Assembly: GCA_051955775.1 (NCBI GenBank)
Contig: JBQCGJ010000111.1
Location: 1 to 49,657, forward strand
DNA: 49,657 nucleotides
Reading direction: 5' to 3'
Origin: Gaiellales bacterium
GTDB taxonomy: Bacteria; Actinomycetota; Thermoleophilia; Gaiellales; JAICJC01
In this document: positions 1-8,800 of the stretch, piece after piece
Layout of the letters: every line of letters begins with the position of its first letter
How positions within the stretch are numbered: the stretch's first letter is position 1
Notes under the pieces: model-generated
Told to the model about the DNA's origin: nothing
Seen by the model: only the letters and a program-made list of their open reading frames with translations
The model's database searches: none
Translations under genes and position numbers: made by a program

Positions 1-161
1 CGACGGCCCGCGTCGATGCCGTGGACGTGCGCGTTCACACCGTCTACCTGCGCGGCGACCGAGGCCCCGACCGGCGCCCCGGGCCACTGGCCGAGCTGTG
101 GCAGCGACTGCGACGTGCGACCCCCGCGATCTCGCGCAACCAACTACCTGAGATCATCTAG
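1..161 (+). CDS. 3' end of an unidentified CDS entering from the left edge (partial)
   Basis: Reading frame 3 is open from the window edge to TAG at 159-161, with mostly G/C third positions (...VDAVDVRVHTVYLRGD...PLAELWQRL...). No family recognised. Its stop overlaps the stop of the convergent gene (CTAG at 158-161). Confidence 0.3.
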   Translation, partial: TARVDAVDVRVHTVYLRGDRGPDRRPGPLAELWQRLRRATPAISRNQLPEII

Positions 162-1363
162 TCCAGAGTCGCCAGCTCGGTGCGAATGCGTTCGCGGCTG
201 GCCGAGAACCGGATCGCCTCGTAGGCGATCAACGCCGACAGGATGCCGGCCAGCACGGCAACGCTGGCCAGCGACGGGATGTGATCGGCGAGCGGGATCA
301 ACGCGATCAGCAGGAACGCGCATGCGAGACGCTGGCGATTCAGGGTGTGCAGGTTGCGAAGCCGCATGATGACGTGCGACACCAGGTACACCGCCGCGCC
401 GCCGAACAGCGCGGCCGCCGCCACGACAGGCAGCGGATCGTCCACGTGGGCCAGCGTCTTCTTGAGGCCGAGCGCGATCAGCGCGATCCCCGCCACCATG
501 GGGAAGTGCAGATACGAGTAGGAGTCTCGGGCCATGCAGTTGCGTTCACGGCCGGGCGCCGCGCGCTCGAGCCTGTGCCTGACGACCAGCGCCACGACGT
601 CGAAGTACAGCCACCACACCGCCGCCGCCACCGCCACTCCGAGCATCGCGGTGACCACGACGCCGGTGCCGACTCCGGCCTCCGAGCCTACCCCGATGGC
701 GACGACCGACTCGCCCAGCGCGATGATCACGATCGCCTCGTGCCGCTCGGCGAAGTGCCCGGGCACCAGCCTCCAGCCCTCCGTGCCGAACAGGAACGGG
801 CCGCCCATGTCGAGCAGCAGCGCGAGCCCCCACAGCGACTCGCGCCACCATCCCGGTGCGTAGGCGGCGGCGATCAGAATGCCGACTCCGATGGCGGAGC
901 TGACCGCCAGCCCGCTCACCGAGTGGCGCAATGCGGGATCGTCGCTGGAGGCCAGCGTGAACAGCACCAGGTGCGCCACGCGCACCGCGGCGTAGGCAAC
1001 CGCGAACAGCAGCGCCGAGCCGCCGAACGCATTGGGCACGCACAGCGCCGCCACCAGCAGGCCTGCCATCGCACAGAACATCACGATCCGCACGGCGCCC
1101 GCCTCGGGATCGATGACGCTGGTCAGCCAGGCGTAGCCGCACCACGACCACCACAGCACCCCCAGCACCAACATGGCCCGCAACACGCCACGCCACGTCG
1201 TGTCCTGATCCATGTACGTCGTCGACTCCGTCAGCGCCAGCACGAACACGAGGTCAAAGAACAGCTCGAGCGGCGTCACGCGCGCGCCCTCGCGCATCGC
1301 CGGCGACATCCGGGGCAGGCGCCGGGGCGGTGGGGCGTCGATCGGCTGGCTGGCTTCGGCCAT
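158..1363 (-). CDS. Low-temperature-requirement A (LtrA)-family integral membrane protein
   Basis: 401-aa ORF with many hydrophobic segments. The N-terminal signature RVTPLELFFDLVFVLAL is typical of the LtrA family. Confidence 0.8.
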   Translation of the reverse strand: MAEASQPIDAPPPRRLPRMSPAMREGARVTPLELFFDLVFVLALTESTTYMDQDTTWRGVLRAMLVLGVLWWSWCGYAWLTSVIDPEAGAVRIVMFCAMAGLLVAALCVPNAFGGSALLFAVAYAAVRVAHLVLFTLASSDDPALRHSVSGLAVSSAIGVGILIAAAYAPGWWRESLWGLALLLDMGGPFLFGTEGWRLVPGHFAERHEAIVIIALGESVVAIGVGSEAGVGTGVVVTAMLGVAVAAAVWWLYFDVVALVVRHRLERAAPGRERNCMARDSYSYLHFPMVAGIALIALGLKKTLAHVDDPLPVVAAAALFGGAAVYLVSHVIMRLRNLHTLNRQRLACAFLLIALIPLADHIPSLASVAVLAGILSALIAYEAIRFSASRERIRTELATLD

Positions 1364-1510
1364 GGGCTCAGGGGTCGCGGCCCCGGTAGCATGGCAGCCG
1401 TGAGCGGATTCAGCTAGCTGTAGAGCCTCCAGGCCCGCCGCCCGCGCGGCCGTGCCCGTGCGCCTCCGGGCGTCGCCTGCTCAGCAGACGACGCAACGGA
1501 GGAGGACACA

Positions 1511-2236
1511 ATGGCACGGAAGGGCCGTGCGCGCCTGCGCGCGCTGACGGACGAGCTGGCCAGGGCGCACCCATCGCTGCCGGACCCGGCTGCGGCGATC
1601 GCCCGCGGCGAGGTGGCGGTCGACGGCATCGCCGTGCGCAATCCGGCCTCGCGGGTGCGGGCCGGCGCCAGGATCACACTGACGGGCCGGCGCCCGCTGC
1701 GAGGGCAGGCCAAGCTGGAGGCCGCACTGATTGCGTTCGGCGTCGACGCGCAGGGCCGCGTCGCGCTGGATGTCGGGGCGGCGGCCGGCGGCTTCACGCT
1801 CGCCCTGCTGGCGGCAGGGGTGGACCGCGTGTACGCCGTCGATACCGGGCATGGACAGCTCCTGGGGTCGCTGCGCCAGGACGCCCGGGTCGTCGTGCTC
1901 GAGCGCACGAACCTGGCCCGGCTGGATGGGACGGTGATCCCCGAGCCGGTCGAGATCCTGACCCTGGATCTCTCGTATCTCCCTCTGGCCAAGGCTGTCC
2001 CGCAGCTCACTCGGGTCGGCTTCGCCGGTGGCTGCCGGATGCTCGCGCTGGTCATGCCGCAGTACGAGCTGGGGCTGGGGGCGGCGCCGGCTGACGCCTC
2101 GACCCTGCGCGCCGCGGTCGCATCCGCCTCCAGCGGGATCGCCGGCGCGGGCTGGGTGGTGTGCGGCTCGATCCGCTCACGGCCTGCGGGTGCGCGTGGA
2201 GCGATCGAGTTTTTCGTCCACGCGCGGCGGTCATGA
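1511..2236 (+). CDS. tlyA: TlyA-family rRNA (cytidine-2'-O)-methyltransferase / hemolysin A-like
   Basis: S4-like N-terminus (GEVAVDGIAVRNPASRV) followed by an FtsJ-type SAM motif (LDVGAAAGGFTLALLAAGVDRVYAVDTGHGQL...LERTNLARL). GGAGGAGG Shine-Dalgarno at about 1499-1506 precedes the ATG at 1511. Confidence 0.85.
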   Translation: MARKGRARLRALTDELARAHPSLPDPAAAIARGEVAVDGIAVRNPASRVRAGARITLTGRRPLRGQAKLEAALIAFGVDAQGRVALDVGAAAGGFTLALLAAGVDRVYAVDTGHGQLLGSLRQDARVVVLERTNLARLDGTVIPEPVEILTLDLSYLPLAKAVPQLTRVGFAGGCRMLALVMPQYELGLGAAPADASTLRAAVASASSGIAGAGWVVCGSIRSRPAGARGAIEFFVHARRS

Positions 2237-3616
2237 CTCCAGGTCGCGGCGAATCGCCGAGGCCGCCCGGGCCGCCGTCTGGGCCGCGGTCTCGGTGTAC
2301 CACGATCCCAGGTAGTCGCCCACCAGGTGGATCGGCGCCAGCGGCGCGGCCAGCGCCCGCTGGAGCCGCGCCCGCCCGACGTGGGCATAGGGCAGGCCGC
2401 GCTCCCAGCGGCGCACCACCACCTCCCGCACGCGGCCCCGGGACGCGGGATACACGCGGGCAAGGTCGTCGGCGAAGCGGGCGGCGATCTGATCGTCTTC
2501 GAGCTCCAGCATGCGCCGGCCCTGATCCGCGCCTGCGTACATCATGAAGCTGCCCTGGCGGGGGTGGCCGAGGCCGCCGGCGGCGGCCGCGACGTTGCTC
2601 ATCGTGAACACCATGTTGAAGGAGCAGCCGGGGGTGGCCCGCGCGTAGATGTCGTCCCACGGCATCGGGCGGGGATCGTCCGTGAGGATCGCGGCCACGG
2701 CATACGGGCCGTACCGCACCTGCTCGAGCGCCATCGCCGTGGCCGCCGGCAGCCCCTCGACGTTGCTGCGGGCGACCGGCGCGGTCGTGGCCACGACCGC
2801 GGCCCGAGCCACCACCGCCCGCTCCTCCCCGGCGTGGGCGTACTCGACCAGCACGCCGTCGCCGGACGGGCGCACACGGCGCACGTGGGAGCAGGTGCGG
2901 ACGTGCTCCGGCAGGCCCGCCGCCAGCCGGTCGATCAGCACGCCCGGCCCGCCGACGATGCTCCGCGACAGCCCTCCCGACCGGTCCCACACGAGGTGGA
3001 AGTAGCCGACTCCGTACCCGGCGGCGAGATCCTCCGGCTCGCCAGACGAGCGGTTGAGCGTTGCCCTGTAGATCCCGTCCACATCGGCCGGCAGACGGCC
3101 GATGAACTCGCTGAACGACCGATCGCCCATGAACTCGAGCATGCGCAGCTGGCGGTCCGCCGGATCCTCGCCCGGCCGCGGCGCGGCGATCGTTGCGTAG
3201 CGGCGCACGGCCAGCCGCAACTGGAGTCCGCTGCGCATCAGCGCCACTCGCGAGCGCAGCCCCATCGGCAGCCTGAGCGGATACGTCTCCACCGCGCCGG
3301 TGACGATGCGGCCGTCCATGGCCACCGCCGCCAGCTTCCCCGGAACGCCGATCGCCCGCACCCCGGCCTCGTCGATCAGCCGGCCCGACGCGGAGTCGGG
3401 CCCGCTGAACACGTGCGCGCCGAAGTTGAGCCACACATCGCCGCGGGCCTCCGACATCAGCCGCCCGCCGATCCGCGAGCTCTCCTCGAGCACCACCACG
3501 TCGCGATCGCGCAGATGCCACGCGGCGGCCAGCCCGGCGATGCCGCCGCCGACCACCACCACGTCGCGCCGCTCGACCGGGGCTTCTCCGAGCTGTCCGG
3601 AGGGGCCGGCGGTCAC
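2231..3616 (-). CDS. FAD-dependent oxidoreductase (amine-oxidase / protoporphyrinogen-oxidase-like fold)
   Basis: Dinucleotide-binding motif VVVVGGGIAGLAAAWHL...VLEESSRIGGR near the N-terminus. I trimmed the track ORF (2231..3691) to the GTG at 3614-3616, which overlaps the TGA of the upstream VOC gene (GTGA overlap). Confidence 0.8.
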   Translation of the reverse strand: MTAGPSGQLGEAPVERRDVVVVGGGIAGLAAAWHLRDRDVVVLEESSRIGGRLMSEARGDVWLNFGAHVFSGPDSASGRLIDEAGVRAIGVPGKLAAVAMDGRIVTGAVETYPLRLPMGLRSRVALMRSGLQLRLAVRRYATIAAPRPGEDPADRQLRMLEFMGDRSFSEFIGRLPADVDGIYRATLNRSSGEPEDLAAGYGVGYFHLVWDRSGGLSRSIVGGPGVLIDRLAAGLPEHVRTCSHVRRVRPSGDGVLVEYAHAGEERAVVARAAVVATTAPVARSNVEGLPAATAMALEQVRYGPYAVAAILTDDPRPMPWDDIYARATPGCSFNMVFTMSNVAAAAGGLGHPRQGSFMMYAGADQGRRMLELEDDQIAARFADDLARVYPASRGRVREVVVRRWERGLPYAHVGRARLQRALAAPLAPIHLVGDYLGSWYTETAAQTAARAASAIRRDLES

Positions 3617-4023
3617 AGATCCGCCGACGGCGTGAACAGCGTCAGCTGAAGGCCGTCCGGGGCGCCGACGCGGGCGTTGTGGTCGCCCCACGGCGTGGTC
3701 ACGGGCGACGCCTCCCGCCGGGCGCCCGCGGCGATCAACCGCTCCGCGACCGCCTCCGAGTCGCCCACCTCGAGCGCCAGCCTGACCCTGCCCGATACGC
3801 GGCGCCCCACCTCCACGCTGTCGACCGTCCGGGCCTGCGCCTCGTCCAGCAGCTCGAGCGTCGCCCGGCCGGCCTCGAGCACGACCACCCGCCCCGACTC
3901 GGAGCTCCAGTCGGCGATCTGGGACAGCCCAAGCGCGTCCTTGTAGAAGGCCACTGCAGCGTCGAAATCCTCGACGGTGAGGGCGACTCGAAGCTCGGTG
4001 ACGGGAGGTTGTTCCATGCCCAT
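3613..4023 (-). CDS. VOC / glyoxalase-bleomycin-resistance family protein
   Basis: The sequence from MGMEQPPVTELRVALTVEDFDAAVAFYKDALGL... to ...TPWGDHNARVGAPDGLQLTLF is a typical single VOC domain. The start is set at the ATG at 4021-4023 because the longer track ORF N-terminus is Arg/Ser/Pro junk. Confidence 0.8.
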   Translation of the reverse strand: MGMEQPPVTELRVALTVEDFDAAVAFYKDALGLSQIADWSSESGRVVVLEAGRATLELLDEAQARTVDSVEVGRRVSGRVRLALEVGDSEAVAERLIAAGARREASPVTTPWGDHNARVGAPDGLQLTLFTPSADL

Positions 4024-4042
4024 GGCGTCCGCCGGAGCGTAG

Positions 4043-4327
4043 TCAGCGAGGGGCGCCGGTCGCGACCCGGCGGCGGGTGCACTCCAGCAGATGGGCGTTG
4101 ATGGCGACGCGCGCTGTCGTCCGCGCCTGGCCCTCCAGCCGCTCGAAGCCGGGCGCGAGGATGCAGGCGAACGCCGTGCACCGCGGATACAGGTTGAGGG
4201 CAGCGGCGATCGCGCCGTGCAGTCGGACTTGATCACCCTGCTCGGCCCCCCACACGATCCGGTCCTGAAGCGCACCCGGCGACAGGTCGGGGTCAACAAC
4301 CCGGTCCACCGCGTGGGAGGCTGTCAC
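4043..4327 (-). CDS. Hypothetical protein (no family recognised)
   Basis: 94-aa ORF with strong G/C third-position bias when read by eye. It is co-oriented with and 19 nt upstream of the VOC gene. No recognisable motif. Confidence 0.35.
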   Translation of the reverse strand: MTASHAVDRVVDPDLSPGALQDRIVWGAEQGDQVRLHGAIAAALNLYPRCTAFACILAPGFERLEGQARTTARVAINAHLLECTRRRVATGAPR

Positions 4328-4673
4328 CTTCGAGAACGGCTGACCATCCCCGAAATGCAGTAGCTGCTATCTCGGTGAAAACCGGCTGCTGCGGCGCCCC
4401 GAAGGCGTCCGCGGGCTGCGCGCCGCGCGCTCCCTCCCGCCCGTCGGCCGGGGCCCGGGGCGCGGCCGCCACCGCCAGCCGCCCGGCGGATCCTCACCGC
4501 CGCCGCCATGCCGGCCGAGCAGCTCGAACACCTTGGTCAGCAGGTACGTCAGCCCGAACGCCGCAGCCAGATCGCCCAGAAACAGGGCCACCCCGAACAT
4601 GCCGTGACCATAGCGCACAGCTACTGTGCCGAGGGGGAGGCAAACCACCGAGCATGCTTCACCGTCACAGAAG

Positions 4674-5417
4674 ATGATGCGAGTCCACAGCACACGGCCC
4701 ACCGGGCGCCTGGCCGTGCTGGCCGGCGTCGCCGCCGCGCTGCTGGCCGCCGGTTGCGGCAGCACCGTGTCGCAGCCGGAGAAGCCGTGGGGCCCGATCT
4801 CCACCTACAAGCAGCCGACCATCACCCCGGCCGTGCGCAGGCAGATCAACCACGCTCTGGATGTGTTCGTGGTGGACGGCGTGGAGCGGCACGCGCCCCT
4901 CAAGGCGCTGGCGGTGTCCTCGCCGATGATGCGCACCAACACAACGCACGCCGACTGGGCGAACGGCAACCTGCCGGTCGCGCCGTACCAGACCCATGGC
5001 ACGAAGTTCCACGGGTACACGGTGGTGGCCGCCTCGCCCACGCAGGTCAACCTGACCATGGTGCTGTCGCCGCGGCATCCGAAGACGCAGGGCGCGGTCG
5101 CCTACAACGCGCGCCTGTCGAAGGTCCAGGGCCGGTGGCTGATCGACTGGATGTATCCGACCGCCTTCTTCGCCGCCGCCAACAAGACGCCGAGCATCAC
5201 CGCCGAGCCCGACCTGGCGCCCAGCGCCGCCGGAAACACCCTGCAGCCGAAGAGCCACGGCCAGCTGATCTTCGAGATCGTGATGGCGGTGCTGCTGCTG
5301 CCGGCCGCGGCGGTGATCGCCTACATCGTCGTGCATGTCGTGCGCGACCGCCGGCGGCCGCGCGACGCGGAGGCCGACGAGCGCTGGCGGTCGGCCCTGC
5401 GGCCCTCCGAAGACTGA
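4674..5417 (+). CDS. Putative lipoprotein with C-terminal membrane anchor
   Basis: Signal peptide plus lipobox (RLAVLAGVAAALLAAGC-GS) and a C-terminal hydrophobic helix (LIFEIVMAVLLLPAAAVIAYIVVHVV). The start is taken at the ATGATG at 4674. The GTG at 4626 is an alternative. Confidence 0.6.
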   Translation: MMRVHSTRPTGRLAVLAGVAAALLAAGCGSTVSQPEKPWGPISTYKQPTITPAVRRQINHALDVFVVDGVERHAPLKALAVSSPMMRTNTTHADWANGNLPVAPYQTHGTKFHGYTVVAASPTQVNLTMVLSPRHPKTQGAVAYNARLSKVQGRWLIDWMYPTAFFAAANKTPSITAEPDLAPSAAGNTLQPKSHGQLIFEIVMAVLLLPAAAVIAYIVVHVVRDRRRPRDAEADERWRSALRPSED

Positions 5418-5418
5418 T

Positions 5419-6939
5419 CTATCTGAGCGCCGCGCCGGCCGGCGACGGCACGGGTCGCGGGGGCCGCGCAGCCCGCCGCCTGCGGGGCCGGTCAGGCGTC
5501 GCCTCGTACTGGGCGATACGCCGGTAGAGCAGCGCCGCCGCCGTGAACATGATGGGCGTCCGCTCGGTCAGCTCGTAGTACGGCGCCTGCACGCACGCGA
5601 CGAGCAGCGCCGTGTGAATCCAGAAGTTGAGTCTGGTGTCCCCGGCGCGGATCCGGCCCGACCGGAACACCGTGTACGCCAGCCACACGACGGCCAGGAA
5701 CAGTCCCGGCACCCCGTGCGAGTAGAGCAGCAGGAACACCTCGCTCTCGGTGCCCACCGATTTCTGCGTGTGCGTGACCTGAGTGGCCTGGTTGGGGGCG
5801 CCGTAGCCGAAGATCGGGTTGGCCGTGACCTGCGCCTGCGCCGCCACGTCGCGGGCCAGCCGGCTGGTGTCGCCCGTCTTGTGGGAGAACCGCCCGGACA
5901 CGAGGCCGCCCAGCGGGCTGACCACGATCACCACCGCGGCCAGACCGACCAGCGTGATGATCTCCAGGGCCATCTTGCGGTCGCCCCGCGCGCCGAGGCG
6001 GAAGAAGGCATACACGACGCCCACGCCCAGGCTCAGCCACATGCCGCGGTCAAGCGAGAACACGCCCGGCACAATCGCGGCCAGCAGGGTGACCTGGAGC
6101 ACGCGCCGCCACGCCAGCGAGCGGGCGGCGCTGATCGCCCCGATCGCAAACGGCGTGGTCATCGCGAAGGTCGACCCCCACGCGTTGGTGTACGCGAACA
6201 GGGCCTGCGGCCGGCCCTCGCGGAAGCCCAGGAAGTGCTGCACCTGGGCGAGCTGCAGATGCACGTGCGCGTAGAAGTACGTGTTGTGCAGCAGGCTGTG
6301 CGGGAACACGTGCTCCGCGGGGCTGGCCAGCGACACGGTGGGGAACAGCACGCCCAGCCAGCCACCCGCGACGATGCAGATCCAGAACACCGCGATCCCG
6401 TTCACGATCCGGCGTGTTGGAAGCTGCCGTTCTGACGAGTTGTAGATGAACAGGAACAGCACCGTGGCCGCGAAGTAAAAGGAGTCCCGCCACACGAACG
6501 CGAGCGCCCGCGAGCCCGAGTGCAGCTGCGTGGCCGACACCAGCGTCCAGGCGATGAACGCCAGCCACACGCCGAACCGCCGGGGCATCCGCAGCCGCCG
6601 GCCCAGCCGCACGAGCGGGTACACGAAGGGCAGCACGATCAGCGGCCACTGGAAGAACGACAGGCCGAGCGCCCACCACACGGGCAACGCGCCGAAGATC
6701 AGGTACGGCAGCCACCGGCGGGGCACGGTGTGTCCGGGCGGCAGAAGCTGGCGGCGAGCGGCCGCCCGGACACCTTCGGACCCGACCGCGACCGAGGGCC
6801 GCTCGGCGACCCCCTGCCGCCGATGGCGCTCCTCGACCGTGTTGTCCCCCCTGGCCAGCAGAAAGGCGACCAGGAGCGCGCACAGCACCACGCTCGCCGC
6901 CGGCAGCAACTGCAACGCGCTGGAAAGGGACGTGCCCAC
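5419..6939 (-). CDS. O-antigen ligase / Wzy_C-like polytopic membrane protein
   Basis: 506 aa and at least 10 hydrophobic segments. A central loop (SLDRGMWLSLGVGVVYAFF...) resembles the O-antigen ligase family. GTG start at 6937-6939. Confidence 0.7.
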   Translation of the reverse strand: MGTSLSSALQLLPAASVVLCALLVAFLLARGDNTVEERHRRQGVAERPSVAVGSEGVRAAARRQLLPPGHTVPRRWLPYLIFGALPVWWALGLSFFQWPLIVLPFVYPLVRLGRRLRMPRRFGVWLAFIAWTLVSATQLHSGSRALAFVWRDSFYFAATVLFLFIYNSSERQLPTRRIVNGIAVFWICIVAGGWLGVLFPTVSLASPAEHVFPHSLLHNTYFYAHVHLQLAQVQHFLGFREGRPQALFAYTNAWGSTFAMTTPFAIGAISAARSLAWRRVLQVTLLAAIVPGVFSLDRGMWLSLGVGVVYAFFRLGARGDRKMALEIITLVGLAAVVIVVSPLGGLVSGRFSHKTGDTSRLARDVAAQAQVTANPIFGYGAPNQATQVTHTQKSVGTESEVFLLLYSHGVPGLFLAVVWLAYTVFRSGRIRAGDTRLNFWIHTALLVACVQAPYYELTERTPIMFTAAALLYRRIAQYEATPDRPRRRRAARPPRPVPSPAGAALR

Positions 6940-7002
6940 ATTCCCACCATTGCCCAGGTGGATTGGACGGGTTTCATTGAAGACCGTCGATCAAGCGTGT
7001 GT

Positions 7003-7049
7003 GCGCCGGCGGCCCGCCAGAGGGGGGAGGGTGGGCGGGCCGCCGGCGC
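7003..7049 (-). terminator. GC-rich hairpin downstream of the NHL-propeller gene
   Basis: Perfect 16-bp inverted repeat: GCGCCGGCGGCCCGCC (7003-7018) and GGCGGGCCGCCGGCGC (7034-7049), with a 15-nt loop. It lies 27 nt past the stop of the 7076..8188 gene. There is no clear U-tract. Confidence 0.4.
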
Positions 7050-7075
7050 GGCGCGGCGCGGAATCAGGCTGGCAT

Positions 7076-8188
7076 CTAGTGATGCAGGAGGTTCAGCGTG
7101 TTGACCGCGTCATCGACGTAGTAGACGGCGCGGTGATCCGGCCGCACAGCGAGCCCGAACAGCGCGCCCGCGCCCGGCGGGGAGCCGGAGCGGTCGAGCC
7201 AGCGGACGGCGATCTGATGCCCGGACGGCGTCGTCTCGACCAGCCGCCCGTCGCCCGCGTTGACGGTCAGGATGTCGCCGTTTGGCGCGATGGTCAGACC
7301 CAGCGGCGTGTTGAGCGCGCCGCCACGGGTGACCACGTGCCCGGTCATCACCGGCGTCGTCCTGGTCATGGCATCCGGGATGTCGGTGATCCGGTTCGAT
7401 GCGCTGTCGGCGACGTACAGCGTGCCGCCCATTCCCAGGCCGAGCCCGGTCGGGCCGACCACCAGCGCTGCCGGGTCACTGTGCTCGCCGAAGCCGCTGG
7501 CCACCACGCGTGATGCCGTCATCATCGGCATCGGGTGGCCGGCCACCGCCAGCCGCAGCCGCAGCACCGTGCCGTGGTGCACGGTCATCCCGCCGGCGGC
7601 GACGGTGCCGTTGAGCACGTTGGAGACGAACAGCGTTGCGGTTGACCCGCCGTCGATGGTCGCCATATCCCACGGCCCGTTGATACCGCCGCCCGAGAAC
7701 GTCTCGACCGGCATGCCGTGCTTGTCGAGGACGATCAGGCAGCCCGCCTTGGCGGTGGCCGCGGATCCATCGGACGTGGGCAGGCTGCCCACGATCACCC
7801 AACCGCTGCGCAGGACACCCAGCGCGGTGGTGAGCCCGACGCCGCCCGGACATGCGCCCGGGAGCGTCATCGAATCCAGGTGCGCGAACACGGTTCGTCC
7901 GCCGCCCGGGCTGACCTGCACGATCGTGGTGCCGGTGCCCTGGAAGTTCGAGCTGGCGTTGAAGTTCGACACCAGCACGTCGCCCGCGACCAGCTTCCCG
8001 GTCGACCGCGGCACGACGGCGACGCCGTACGGGTTGATGTCGCCGTTCGCCGGAACCGTCGACGCCACCACGGAGTGGCGGGTCAGCGGGCCGACGAACG
8101 CGCGCGGCATCGCCGCTGCCGAACCGGCCCACACCGCACTCAGAACAACCGTCGCCAGAAGCACACTCCATCGTGTCTTCACGGTCAC
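7076..8188 (-). CDS. Secreted NHL-like / beta-propeller repeat protein
   Basis: Signal peptide VTVKTRWSVLLATVVLSAVWAGSAAA, then repeated propeller-like blades (GTLYVADSASNRI, APNGDILTVNAGDGRLV, AVYYVDDAVNTL). I trimmed the start from 8629 to the GTG at 8186-8188, which is preceded by GAGGGAAGGGGA. A second GTG at 8182 is also possible. Confidence 0.7.
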   Translation of the reverse strand: MTVKTRWSVLLATVVLSAVWAGSAAAMPRAFVGPLTRHSVVASTVPANGDINPYGVAVVPRSTGKLVAGDVLVSNFNASSNFQGTGTTIVQVSPGGGRTVFAHLDSMTLPGACPGGVGLTTALGVLRSGWVIVGSLPTSDGSAATAKAGCLIVLDKHGMPVETFSGGGINGPWDMATIDGGSTATLFVSNVLNGTVAAGGMTVHHGTVLRLRLAVAGHPMPMMTASRVVASGFGEHSDPAALVVGPTGLGLGMGGTLYVADSASNRITDIPDAMTRTTPVMTGHVVTRGGALNTPLGLTIAPNGDILTVNAGDGRLVETTPSGHQIAVRWLDRSGSPPGAGALFGLAVRPDHRAVYYVDDAVNTLNLLHH

Positions 8189-8437
8189 TCCCCTTCCCTC
8201 GGCGTTTGCGGATCTCGTCCCTTGCGCGCAGTCGCAAGGAGCGCCCACCGGCCTGACCTCCACTACGGATGACAGGCGGCGGCGGATCTCACGGCCCGGC
8301 CGGGGTGTAAGCCGGGTCACACCGCCGGCACCGGAAACCGCCTTCATCGCTTCATCCCGTCGGGGGGATGCCGGGCCGCATGCACACGGCCACACTGGCG
8401 CGTAGAGAACCACCGGGGCAGCCGGCCAGGGGGAGCG

Positions 8438-8800
8438 ATGAGCGATCCGACGCGTGACTTCTTCACGCGCATCGGCGAGCAGGGATTCGACGCGCGGTTG
8501 GGGCACGTCAAGGGCACCATCCGGTTCGAGGTGCAGCGGCAGCGGGACACGGAGTCGTGGCTGATTGCGCTCGATCACGGGGCCGTCCGGGTGAGCCGGG
8601 GCGAGGGGCCGGCGGACTGTGTCGTACATACCGACGCCGCCACATCCGACGGCATCGTCGAGGGACGGCTCAACGCCACCGCGACGCTCCTGCGGGGCCT
8701 CGTCTCCGTCGACGGGGAACTCGACCTGCTGCTCTACCTCCAGCGACTGTTCCCCGCCGCCCCCGAAGCGCCCGGCGCGTACGCCGGGGCGGCGCGATGA
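8438..8800 (+). CDS. SCP2 sterol-binding-domain protein
   Basis: 120 aa. ...IRFEVQRQRDTESWLIALDHGAVRV...GRLNATATLLRGLVSVDGELDLLLYLQRLF is the typical SCP2 C-terminal pattern. Its TGA overlaps the next ATG (ATGA at 8797-8800). Confidence 0.75.
   Translation: MSDPTRDFFTRIGEQGFDARLGHVKGTIRFEVQRQRDTESWLIALDHGAVRVSRGEGPADCVVHTDAATSDGIVEGRLNATATLLRGLVSVDGELDLLLYLQRLFPAAPEAPGAYAGAAR

Noticed and set aside
158-161. Overlapping convergent stop codons (CTAG) between the left-edge partial CDS and the LtrA-like gene.
   Set aside because: This is real in the sequence but a trivial consequence of tight convergent packing. It implies no special biology.
281-1417. Long ORFs antisense to, or frame-shifted against, the genes I called. 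Examples: 281..1417+, 1414..2463-, 2052..3521-, 2327..3649+, 5335..6435+, 12398..13303+, 15494..17110-, 15862..17358+, 17817..19670+, 19761..20870-, 20321..22315+, 25392..27389+, 28387..30012+, 31193..32947+, 33794..35458-, 36166..37149-, 42620..43822-, 45194..46342-.
   Set aside because: Their translations are Arg/Pro/Gly/Ala/His-rich with no motifs. Each lies fully inside a gene on the other strand or frame that has clear family signatures. Long spurious ORFs of this kind are expected at about 70% G+C because stop codons are rare.
4367-4804. 145-aa minus-strand ORF, with a possible 77-aa small membrane protein starting at the ATG at 4598-4600 (MFGVALFLGDLAAAFGLTYLLTKVFELL...).
   Set aside because: Only one hydrophobic helix looks protein-like and the rest is Arg/Pro/Gly-rich. 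There is no Shine-Dalgarno sequence, and it overlaps the likely promoter and 5' region of the lipoprotein gene. It could be real, but I cannot support it.
7076-8629. N-terminal extensions of several track ORFs: 7076..8629, 8557..10920, 15520..17940, 22697..24928, 2231..3691, 3613..4299, 33653..36268, 35908..38544, 38545..41124, 42380..43645, 46782..47627, 30023..30835, 30481..31422, 25019..25516.
   Set aside because: The extensions overlap the upstream gene or the divergent neighbour and are compositionally junk. Internal ATG/GTG starts give clean signal peptides, Rossmann motifs or domain starts, often with a Shine-Dalgarno sequence or an ATGA/GTGA junction.
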